Origin: Antedon mediterranea | Taxonomy: Eukaryota; Animalia; Echinodermata | Length of the DNA: 64,000 bases | NCBI RefSeq assembly: GCF_964355755.1 | Contig: NC_092679.1 | Coordinates: 4,680,201-4,744,200, forward strand | Direction: 5' to 3' | Translations under genes and position numbers: made by a program | Part shown: piece by piece, positions 51,501 through 57,060 of the stretch | Position numbering within the stretch: the stretch's first letter is position 1 | How the letters are laid out: each line of letters opens with the position of its first letter | The notes under the pieces: generated by a model | What the model was told of the DNA's origin: nothing | The model's database searches: none | Seen by the model: the letters and a program-made list of their open reading frames with translations, nothing else

Positions 51501-52367
51501 CTTAAAGCCCCATTCCCTACGTTTTTTAGATCTAATTTAAGATCACAAACTATATTTAATGTAAAAATAATACTATAAATTTTTTCGTCTTTAAACGGTT
51601 AAAAATGTGAAAAATAAGTCGATTCTAATAATTATAGCGGCCCGCTATAAATCCCAAAATGCATTGCGCGCGGATTGATATTTTTGTTTTTCACCTGTAA
51701 TTCGCCCACTTTTCGATCGATCGTGAGGCCAAAACAAATGGAAGACTCCTAACTTTTCAGCGAAAATACCGGGTTTTCCCCAATTTGTATCAACGGAGTC
51801 TGGCAAAAATAGAAAGACAATTAATGCAGCAACTATACAACGTCAGGCTAGGTATATAGCTCGCGTACGATGTTCGTACGTTACCGATGTTTACCAGCTA
51901 GGCCTACAAAACTAAGCCTAGCTAGGCTAGGCCTAAGACCGTCCACGAGAGGTCGATCGCCGCGAGCTACTTAGGTAGTGCATTGTTTCTCACTTTTTAT
52001 CATAATTTACCATAAAACGTACATTTAAGACAAGGAATGACATGGTTTAATGTTTTTAAAGTGATATATATGTATTATTTTCCAAAAAACGTCCAAAATT
52101 GCAGGGAAGGGGTCTTTAATCACTATTACGGTAACTAACTTACATTGAGTGTTCCTTTTCAGTTTCGCTATTCTCTGATTCATCTGAACCACTATCATCC
52201 TGATTGGTTGCTTTTATTGTGTCATCATTATCATCATCGTCATCATCATCATTGTCACTGCTTGAATAGACGGAGGATGATTGACTGTCGCTGTCATCAT
52301 CTTTGACACTGTCTTGACCCGAAGTAGCATCTGAGTCGTATTCTGATGAGGATTCGTTTGACGCCAT
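2217..52367 (-). CDS. TTLL5: Tubulin polyglutamylase TTLL5 orthologue, spliced gene span (28 coding exons in window, 3' end probably beyond left edge)
   Basis: All exons have GT-AG boundaries and consistent phases (sum 3891 nt). The translation contains the TTL domain ([70 protein letters not shown]) and TTLL5-specific C-terminal blocks ([57 protein letters not shown]), matching human TTLL5 as recalled. Confidence 0.95.
3880..4155. repeat. Degenerate ~60-bp tandem repeat (tcaaaccaggtctcaaactaggtacttatt)
   Basis: Motif recurs near 3905, 3963, 4027, 4078 and 4129. Confidence 0.75.
4610..4800 (-). mobile_element. SINE fragment with conserved central domain (cccctactctttgcgaaa...ttctttaacgtgcac); similar copy ~33905-34100
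   Basis: Homology among 4680-4745, 33985-34065 and the reverse complement of 11335-11380. Confidence 0.6.
5508..5576 (-). CDS. TTLL5: TTLL5 c27 ([22 protein letters not shown])
   Basis: gccag acceptor, weak gtagct donor, phase 1/1; GC-richer than flanks. Confidence 0.65.
   Translation of the reverse strand, partial: DYNRIAIGRSVLSCTEMHPVVR
7655..7855. mobile_element. Palindromic MITE family G; other copies at ~26780-26920 and ~38530-38760
   Basis: Shared aggaatatttggtaata...cacatgtg(g/a)tgcctgtatcat...gatacagcactgagaatcgg. Confidence 0.75.
8132..8600. repeat. 106-bp tandem repeat, 4 copies plus degenerate tail
   Basis: atgtcattaacttt starts at 8132, 8238, 8344, 8450 and 8556. Confidence 0.95.
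10184..10342 (-). CDS. TTLL5: TTLL5 c26 ([15 protein letters not shown]...[29 protein letters not shown])
   Basis: GT-AG, 159 nt, resembles human [21 protein letters not shown]. Confidence 0.87.
11275..11520 (+). mobile_element. Related SINE body and A-rich tail
   Basis: ctcggataaggacaataaaccgtaggtccagtgta is the reverse complement of the family body; aaaagagtagggg core; (aaat)n tail. Confidence 0.7.
12169..12659. mobile_element. Tc1/mariner (pogo/Tigger-like) MITE with internal cgaaaagaagccc repeats
   Basis: TIR ccgtaaaacctcgaaaagaagcccatggg / cccatgggtttcttttcgaggttttacaa, flanked by TA. Confidence 0.8.
13259..13456. mobile_element. Truncated Kolobok-like copy
   Basis: ttaa-agatgtattgtcccc start; interior matches ~50640-50810. 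Confidence 0.75.
15459..15661 (-). CDS. TTLL5: TTLL5 c25 ([24 protein letters not shown]...NDI)
   Basis: GT-AG, 203 nt; matches human [22 protein letters not shown]. Confidence 0.93.
16050..16165 (-). CDS. TTLL5: TTLL5 c24 ([14 protein letters not shown]...[11 protein letters not shown])
   Basis: GT-AG, 116 nt, phases fit. Confidence 0.9.
16495..16700 (-). mobile_element. L2-clade LINE 3' end
   Basis: Minus strand: gccttttc...gctgct..ctctggaatgcccttcc...cagcgcttagag...gcgctatag + (att)n tail, typical of L2 3' ends. Confidence 0.65.
19248..19535. mobile_element. Penelope-like inverted pseudo-LTR remnant carrying a minimal hammerhead motif
   Basis: ~88-bp inverted arms (19248-19336 / 19416-19505); minus-strand CTGAGGA-a-ggat[aagtg]atcc-GAAA at 19503-19527. 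Confidence 0.65.
19695..19841 (-). CDS. TTLL5: TTLL5 c23 ([49 protein letters not shown])
   Basis: GT-AG, 147 nt, strongly TTLL5-like. Confidence 0.95.
21883..22100 (-). pseudogene. Decayed non-LTR reverse-transcriptase fragment
   Basis: [30 protein letters not shown] resembles the CR1/L2 RT segment FR..HST..A..DL...I....D.K.....IFLD. Confidence 0.45.
23530..23650 (-). CDS. TTLL5: TTLL5 c22 ([22 protein letters not shown]...NDDQM)
   Basis: GT-AG, 121 nt, homologous to KMQARIAFSAYLQHVQIRL. Confidence 0.93.
25560..25845 (-). mobile_element. tRNA-derived SINE copy
   Basis: Shares cttatccgagaagactcgttctaccaccagaacc...ccactgtcttaaccgctc with 52690-52800; minus-strand head tggcggagcggttaag. Confidence 0.8.
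27371..27552. mobile_element. MITE family B copy 1 (~180 bp, palindromic; PIF/Harbinger-like ends)
   Basis: aagcgcggttcccactag...ctagtgggaaccaagctt; near-identical copy at 58921-59101. Confidence 0.88.
28959..29394 (-). CDS. TTLL5: TTLL5 c21 (low-complexity S/Q/P region ending [13 protein letters not shown])
   Basis: 436-nt open frame, strong acceptor, gtatgg donor; end aligns to the human ..GGNLS|KMQAR junction. Confidence 0.87.
29501..29797. mobile_element. MITE with perfect 31-bp TIRs (PIF/Harbinger-like)
   Basis: aagcctggtttccataaaatcgctacaccgt / acggtgtagcgattttatggaaaccaggctt; CpG-rich interior suggests a young insertion. Confidence 0.9.
29878..30300. repeat. 68-bp minisatellite made of two related ~34-bp subunits
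   Basis: ccaaagtctg at 29951, 30019, 30087, 30155 and 30223; both subunits begin aaaa(c/a)agacaccaa. Confidence 0.93.
30511..30546 (-). CDS. TTLL5: TTLL5 c20, 36-nt mini-exon ([11 protein letters not shown])
   Basis: tttatttag acceptor, CAG|gtac donor, phase 1/1. Confidence 0.7.
30745..30914 (-). CDS. TTLL5: TTLL5 c19 ([29 protein letters not shown]...TQTSS)
   Basis: Polypyrimidine/aag acceptor, gtaagt donor, phases fit neighbours. Confidence 0.78.
31388..31438 (-). CDS. TTLL5: TTLL5 c18 ([16 protein letters not shown]; alternative in-frame acceptor at 31465)
   Basis: Donor gtgagt; phase 2/2 symmetric; two in-frame AG options. Confidence 0.7.
31663..31777. mobile_element. MITE family A (aagctctgtctacactatcaaact TIR); further copies at 35127-35290, 35515-35655, 37175-37549, 40786-40943, 42333-42477, 43448-43567, 47830-47987, 59793-59915, 63654-63795
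   Basis: Palindromic 115-165 bp elements sharing TIRs and the core atgatgtcatatcactaccatat in either orientation. Confidence 0.9.
31855..31917 (-). CDS. TTLL5: TTLL5 c17 ([20 protein letters not shown])
   Basis: GT-AG, 63 nt. Confidence 0.9.
33104..33291 (-). CDS. TTLL5: TTLL5 c16 (RQRPQSAG...[22 protein letters not shown])
   Basis: GT-AG, 188 nt, RRGG.IRIFP motif of TTLL4/5-type enzymes. Confidence 0.93.
34972..35060 (-). CDS. TTLL5: TTLL5 c15 ([29 protein letters not shown])
   Basis: GT-AG, 89 nt; GFV..DP matches the end of the TTL domain. Confidence 0.88.
35127..35290. mobile_element. MITE family A copy
   Basis: aaagctctgtctagactatcaaac ... tttaatagtgtagtcagaacttt. Confidence 0.85.
35316..35377 (-). 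CDS. TTLL5: TTLL5 c14 ([20 protein letters not shown])
   Basis: GT-AG, 62 nt. Confidence 0.95.
35515..35655. mobile_element. MITE family A copy
   Basis: ...gtttgatagtgtagacagagcttt end. Confidence 0.85.
36061..36655. repeat. ~150-bp tandem array (4 copies) derived from a tacagtagaacc/gtgtcccc-type TIR element
   Basis: tgtcctcttaataggggtgtcc recurs near 36110, 36263, 36412 and 36551; array starts tacagtagagc. Confidence 0.85.
37175..37549. mobile_element. MITE family A copy interrupted by a ~225-bp insertion
   Basis: Left TIR 37175-37200; remainder resumes near 37426. Confidence 0.75.
37987..38068 (-). CDS. TTLL5: TTLL5 c13 ([26 protein letters not shown]; catalytic LEVN)
   Basis: GT-AG, 82 nt, GFD...LEVN.SPSL motif. 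Confidence 0.96.
38530..38760. mobile_element. MITE family G copy
   Basis: cgattct...actgtatc / gatacagcactgagaatcg inverted ends; homologous to 7655-7855. Confidence 0.75.
39541..39648 (-). CDS. TTLL5: TTLL5 c12 ([35 protein letters not shown])
   Basis: GT-AG, 108 nt. Confidence 0.95.
39713..40023. mobile_element. MITE with imperfect TIRs (PIF/Harbinger-like)
   Basis: agctacattcacattgcg...attcggtc / gaccgaatt...cgcaatgtgaaagcagct, TAA/TTA flanks. Confidence 0.8.
40223..40314 (-). CDS. TTLL5: TTLL5 c11 ([30 protein letters not shown])
   Basis: GT-AG, 92 nt. Confidence 0.95.
40592..40693 (-). CDS. TTLL5: TTLL5 c10 ([33 protein letters not shown])
   Basis: GT-AG, 102 nt, HLTNYS motif. Confidence 0.96.
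40786..40943. mobile_element. MITE family A copy
   Basis: TIRs and core present. Confidence 0.85.
41317..41401 (-). CDS. TTLL5: TTLL5 c9 ([27 protein letters not shown])
   Basis: GT-AG, 85 nt, KFDLR motif. Confidence 0.96.
41858..41927 (-). CDS. TTLL5: TTLL5 c8 ([23 protein letters not shown])
   Basis: GT-AG, 70 nt. Confidence 0.95.
42333..42477. mobile_element. MITE family A copy
   Basis: TIRs and core present. Confidence 0.85.
42487..42569 (-). CDS. TTLL5: TTLL5 c7 ([27 protein letters not shown])
   Basis: GT-AG, 83 nt, ATP-grasp WIVKP..SRGRG motif. Confidence 0.96.
42771..42837 (-). CDS. TTLL5: TTLL5 c6 ([22 protein letters not shown])
   Basis: GT-AG, 67 nt. Confidence 0.95.
43448..43567. 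mobile_element. MITE family A copy
   Basis: TIRs and core present. Confidence 0.8.
43577..43640 (-). CDS. TTLL5: TTLL5 c5 ([21 protein letters not shown])
   Basis: GT-AG, 64 nt. Confidence 0.95.
45649..45755 (-). CDS. TTLL5: TTLL5 c4 ([35 protein letters not shown])
   Basis: GT-AG, 107 nt, TTL motif KVNHFP. Confidence 0.95.
45997..46079 (-). CDS. TTLL5: TTLL5 c3 ([28 protein letters not shown])
   Basis: GT-AG, 83 nt, homologous to TTLL5. Confidence 0.93.
46247..46749. mobile_element. Kolobok-like non-autonomous DNA transposon
   Basis: TTAA TSD on both sides; TIR agatgtattgtccc/gggacaatacatct (AG...CT ends). Confidence 0.85.
47193..47312 (-). mobile_element. SINE 5' fragment
   Basis: cgagaagactcgttctaccaccagaaccatggagtgagtgagcctcgaa homology. 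Confidence 0.8.
47830..47987. mobile_element. MITE family A copy
   Basis: Core and right TIR present. Confidence 0.8.
48528..48567. repeat. (TTA)n microsatellite, tail of an L2-type 3' end starting ~48484
   Basis: cagcacttagag...gtgctatataa followed by (att)n. Confidence 0.8.
48923..49383. repeat. ~153-bp tandem repeat x3
   Basis: caaggatagatagaaagatag at 48923, 49075 and 49229. Confidence 0.93.
50586..50928. mobile_element. Kolobok-like non-autonomous element (same TIR family)
   Basis: TTAA TSDs, agatgtat..ccc / ggggacaatacatct; interior shared with a truncated copy at 13259-13456. Confidence 0.85.
50945..51054 (-). CDS. TTLL5: TTLL5 c2 ([36 protein letters not shown])
   Basis: ttacag/gtac boundaries; resembles human [23 protein letters not shown]. 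Confidence 0.9.
51506..52115. mobile_element. Kolobok-like element, second family
   Basis: TTAA TSDs; imperfect TIR agccccattccctac / gcagggaaggggtct; CpG-rich interior. Confidence 0.78.
52144..52367 (-). CDS. TTLL5: TTLL5 coding exon c1 (start; acidic D/S-rich N-terminus [13 protein letters not shown]...)
   Basis: Acceptor ctatag just above 52378, ATG at 52367, donor gtaagt at 52143; phase 2 joins c2. Confidence 0.85.
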
Positions 52368-52510
52368 GCTAACTACTCCTATAGAATAAATATAACAGAG
52401 CAAATGTTTTTATGTAATATATTTGGTTCCATTACTGATTCAGTTATAGGCCCATACTCCTAAAACAAGGCAGTGGGCTTATAATGTACGGGTTTATGGA
52501 CCACAACAAT

Positions 52511-52812
52511 TATTTATTTATACAGTACTGGGCAACTTCTTCAGTCAAAACTGGTCTTCCAGTGTGCCCAGTTATGATCAGTAGCTGTAATGTACTAGTA
52601 CTCGGGTAACCCTCTACTCATCTCGAAAGATGTACTAGGTTCTTTAAAATCCACATGCTAGGTGTTTACAATAGACCTACAGTTTATAGTCCTTATCCGA
52701 GAAGACTCGTTCTACCACCAGAGCCATGGAAAGAGTGAGCCTCGAACCCTTGCCAATGCTATGGCTACGTAATTACAGTTCCACTGTCTTTACCGCTCGC
52801 GCACTCACTCTG
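52511..52812 (-). mobile_element. tRNA-derived SINE, near full length
   Basis: Minus strand: A-box-like gcgagcggt, B-box ggttcgag, (taaa)n tail; homologous copies at ~25560-25845 and 47193-47312 (minus), related copy at ~11275-11520 (plus). Confidence 0.8.
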
Positions 52813-53067
52813 AGTAACACAAGTTTAAGTATATACAGACATTTATGAACAAATACAACTTGGTTTAAAACTGCAGATACTAAAATTAATACAGGGATAT
52901 ATTATTATATATTATATATAGACTTTAAACCGAAGAAGAAAAAGGCATACCGATACAAAAAAGCATTAACTTGGTTATTACAGTTGGGTTAGTAAGACGA
53001 CGGTACAACATATCCAAGAGGAAGATAAGGGTTCGTTATTAAAGTTTCTGGATTTGGGATGGGACAA

Positions 53068-53255
53068 AAAATAATAATAATCACACATTTATAACGAGCT
53101 CTTTACTGGAGTCTCACAGCGCAACATGAAAAGAATAACTATTATACAGTAGGTGAGTTTTGAGAAGAGATTTGAATTGATAAGGGGATGGAGTGTAACG
53201 GATGGAACGAGGAAGTTGGTTCCAGATCTCTGGTGCCTTAGCAAAGAGGGCACGG
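53068..53255 (-). mobile_element. L2-clade LINE 3' end
   Basis: Minus strand: gccctctttgctaaggcaccagagatctggaacc...ttcaaatctcttctcaaaactcacct...gcgctgtgag...+(att)n tail. Confidence 0.65.
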
Positions 53256-55342
53256 ATTTAATTTAAATGCAAGATTTTGGGTATTCAAATATTTCAAGAC
53301 TTCCATATATAGGCATAATAATAAAATATTATATTTTAAACTAAAAAAATAAAATAAAATTGTTTTCATTCTGGGTTGGAAAGAAAGGATTAAAAAAAAG
53401 GATTTAAAATTGTTTAGCTTTAACAATAACATAAAATCTTTAAAATTGTTTACTTTCTCACTTTTTTTGATGAATGTTGACTAAAATAGTAATAATTTTA
53501 TTTATAGCTAACATAGTATAGGCTTAAATTTATCAGTGAAACATAATTATGTAGTGTATAGTGAATACTTTGACATTTTTACCTACATCTAATGTGTTCA
53601 TTTAAATGATGTGCAAATCACACCGAGGTCAACCAGCACGATTTTCATAACACTCGTACAAAATTAAGCAACAACAGAGATATAAATTTTTTTATTGGTA
53701 ATATTAATATCCATATCATGTCTGTTCATTGAGGCATGACTGAGCAGAACAGCAATGAAGAAGGCATTGAATATTTAAGAAGCATTCAGAAATATTAAAT
53801 TTAATATTGTTAGAAATTAATAGTGGGCATTTAACAGAGTGAAACATAAGCAAAAATGATAACCATACTTTTTGTAGGAAAGTTAATAAATCATCTTTGG
53901 GTGAAGGGTTTGAAACTATCAGCATCACACTGCTCAGAGAGGATTTTTATTCATAAAAAATAATATGCACTATTAACTCCAATACTGCACTAACATCTAT
54001 AGTTAATTCTGATAATTAAATTACATTCCACTTCACTTCCTCAATAACATATTTTTACTTGAATACCTTCACAGCTCTTTATCTACTCATAACAACAATA
54101 TATTACGGTTAGACTAGGTTCTAGCCTGTTATTAGTAAAGATAGATATTTTGTATAATAATTAATATAATTAAATCATAATGTATTTTGATACAAAAATC
54201 GAGAACGTCGACTGGTGGAGTAACATAAAAAAGACACTAACTACAGACTTGGGGCAAGTCTATATACGGTATAATAGGAAATACTAAAAATTGGGATTAA
54301 AAAAGCAAAACATATACGCTTTATTTATAAAGAAAGTTAGATGCTTTTACAGTACAAAATATTATTGTTTGTTAGTTAAAAAATGACCGACACAATCTTA
54401 CATCTTAAAGCATGCGAAATAAAATGTTATAAATGAACTCTCAACTTTTACACTAGACACGGCATTCTTACGTTTTGCTTGATCTTGTACTGCGTGTAGT
54501 CCATTAACAACCAGATCGAAAAACTGAGTCTTAAAAAGAAAGTTCTCCATCACCTGTAGTTCTCTATTTAAATACACTGTGTATAATGATAGCGAACAGA
54601 GTATAGCAGTTTCTGCGTAGGTGTTTGTACGTGTGGCAGTTTATACAAAGGTAATGAGAATACCCAAGATAGAGACATGGCCAATCAATATGATCCCTCA
54701 CTACATACACACAATCATTATTATAGGTTTCTGAGTTATGAACAGTGTTCTTTTGGGAAATGCGGTATCTTTAAACCTTGAAAAGCATTATGCTAAATTA
54801 AGGACGCAGCATCCACTTTTTAAATTATGTGATTTGATATTCAGCATCGATTTTGTTGATTGAACCAACAAATAAAAGAGCACATGTAAAATAAAATTTA
54901 ATAATTATTCAAGGTTCAAGATTATAATAAAATTACACTGTATTGTTGCAAAGAAAATTATTATTTATTCTTTAAAAGAATGTTTTTATTCAAGTTTGAT
55001 AAATTATGTACCATACATTATTTCAAACAGAATGAATTAATCTATAAATATATCATAAATTTATACCATTGTCAGATTGTAGGGTTTCTGCAATTCAAGT
55101 TACAATGGTTGATGACTTTTTTTCATTTTTTTCACATTTCGACACCGCTTTGTGTAATTGATTGTCAGGTGGGACCTAATCATTTTATTTTTCTACTAAC
55201 TAATTGCAAAAACATATAGAGTATAGTAAAATATATAAATGAATAAAAATTATATTAGTAATTAAAATTAATAACAGTTTTTTTTGGTGTCACGACACAA
55301 TGATATTTTTTATCTATTACGGTACCATATCTTTTTCTATAC

Positions 55343-55855
55343 CACGGGCGGATTGCAATAAGCGGTCTATAACCGGTCTTAGCGCTTAGCCGGCTATAAT
55401 TCGTGACGTAGCAAGTAGTCTTATATTATAGACCATTGCTATATCGCGGTCTAACCTGTAAACGGTCTTTAAAATTAAAGCCTACTCGAAGGAGTCTTAA
55501 AACAGTCTTAAACCTCTCTTTTTGTTGCTTTTCGTATTATTGAACAAGTTTTAAGTGTTAAATAAAATAATAACGGTGATTTTATTCTTATATAGGCCTA
55601 GAATAGATTTTTTCGCGTAGAAATGTACGTACTGTTATGATTGTGAATTGAACAAGCGTGACGAACATTACCTTATTTGGTATTCTACGCGCCAAGTACG
55701 CCCTCAATTTGTTACTTTACGCGGTCTTATCTCAGACTGTTTTATAGCAATGGTCTAACAGGGGTGGCTTTAGTAAGACCGTCTATCTGATAAAGCCGGC
55801 TTTAATCGGGAGTTAAGACCATCAGTTAAGACTGTTTTATAGCAATCCACCCCTG
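55343..55855. mobile_element. Unclassified TIR element with internal ggtctta/taagacc repeats
   Basis: cacgggcggattgcaataa / ttatagcaatccacccctg inverted termini. Confidence 0.7.
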
Positions 55856-56751
55856 CTTATTTAAGGTAAAGATTGAGAGGATCATGGCCTCCGGCCCTGT
55901 TCTGTCTCGGGCCTATGGCATTCCAAACCTAAAACAAAACATCCCTATAGGCAATGGTGAGAAAAAGATGATGGTAAATAAAGGAAAAAAATAAGAGAAA
56001 TAAATAAAGGAAAAAAATAAGAGAAATAAAAAAAAAAAAAAAAAATTAGGTATGGGAAGTTTCGAATTTCAACATCATTGATCTAACGCTACTAAGTTCA
56101 GTCACGCAACTGCCTTGCAGAATACCATTAGCATAATTTATTTGATTTAAATATATTCTTACATAGGGGGGGGGGGGGATTTCATGGTAAAAATCGATTT
56201 AGTTGCCAGAAGTATGAATATGGCATCGTATTTCTAGGGGTAGAAACAACAAGTCAACCTGGGTGGGCATATTCTCAATGTCTTGTTTCATATATTGGTA
56301 AGGTGGACCACTGTGCAGCCTAATTTTGTTTACCTATCGAACAGAGAACCATGCAACATGGCTCGTAAAGAAAACATTATCATGCCTATGGACGGTGGCC
56401 ATTCGTTCAGCCATCAAAAGATATAGGCTTCTAGGCCTAGAGCCTAGAGGCCTACTATACTAGCTAGCCTAGGCCTAGCCTAATTAAGAAGAAACTGTTT
56501 TTATATTTAATAATAATGCCCATAAATCTGGCCCCTTCCTTAATGCATTACTTTCTAGGCATGCTTTTAGTTCATATTAGCCAAGTCATTTCTAAGCTTA
56601 GCACAAGCCTTCTTGAGTCAATTTAAATTTAATCCTCCAGGGCCTTCTTCCATTCCTCACGCACTGAAAAAACTGACAGCGAGTGTCCTCTACCAGCCAG
56701 GCCTACATTCAGACGTCTGTATCACAAAAACGGCATAAATTATGTACTTAC

Positions 56752-56870
56752 CAAGCGGTTGGTCATTAGATTCCACTTGTTTACAAATAGATAAAAAAAT
56801 ATGGAAAGCAAAAGAAAATCTGAAATACTGTGTTTTTAAAGAAAATAATTTGGTAATAATTTTTGTAGTC
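56752..56870 (-). other. TTLL5: Probable non-coding first exon of TTLL5 (5' end approximate)
   Basis: Consensus minus-strand donor TTG|gtaagt at 56751, next to the promoter motifs; c1 has an acceptor 11 nt upstream of its ATG, so an upstream UTR exon is required. Confidence 0.6.
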
Positions 56871-56960
56871 AGTTGTTAAGACGACCACCTGTTTGCGCAT
56901 GATCATACCAATATTCAAATTGGAATTGTGGGACATAAACATTGAACCAAGATGGCGGCG
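56770..56960. promoter_or_regulatory. Bidirectional promoter TTLL5/LYPLAL1
   Basis: Divergent genes about 200 bp apart. Motifs: TGTTTACA 56778-85 (forkhead), GTTGTTAAGACGAC 56872-85 (X-box-like), TGCGCATG ~56894-901 (NRF1 half-site), GGAATTGTGGGA ~56922-33 (ZNF143/Staf-like), CAAGATGGCGGC 56948-59 (YY1). Confidence 0.7.
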
Positions 56961-57060
56961 CCCATAGTTGGTCTTTCAAAATCGAAATTAGCTGTTAATA
57001 TTGTAGCAAATACAGGATTGAAAAATTGTGTTGGTGCTGTTATTTTACTCCATGGATCAG
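56952..57060 (+). CDS. LYPLAL1: LYPLAL1 exon 1 (MAAPIVGLSKSKLAVNIVANTGLKNCVGAVILLHGS)
   Basis: aagATGG Kozak context; donor gtaggt. Confidence 0.9.
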
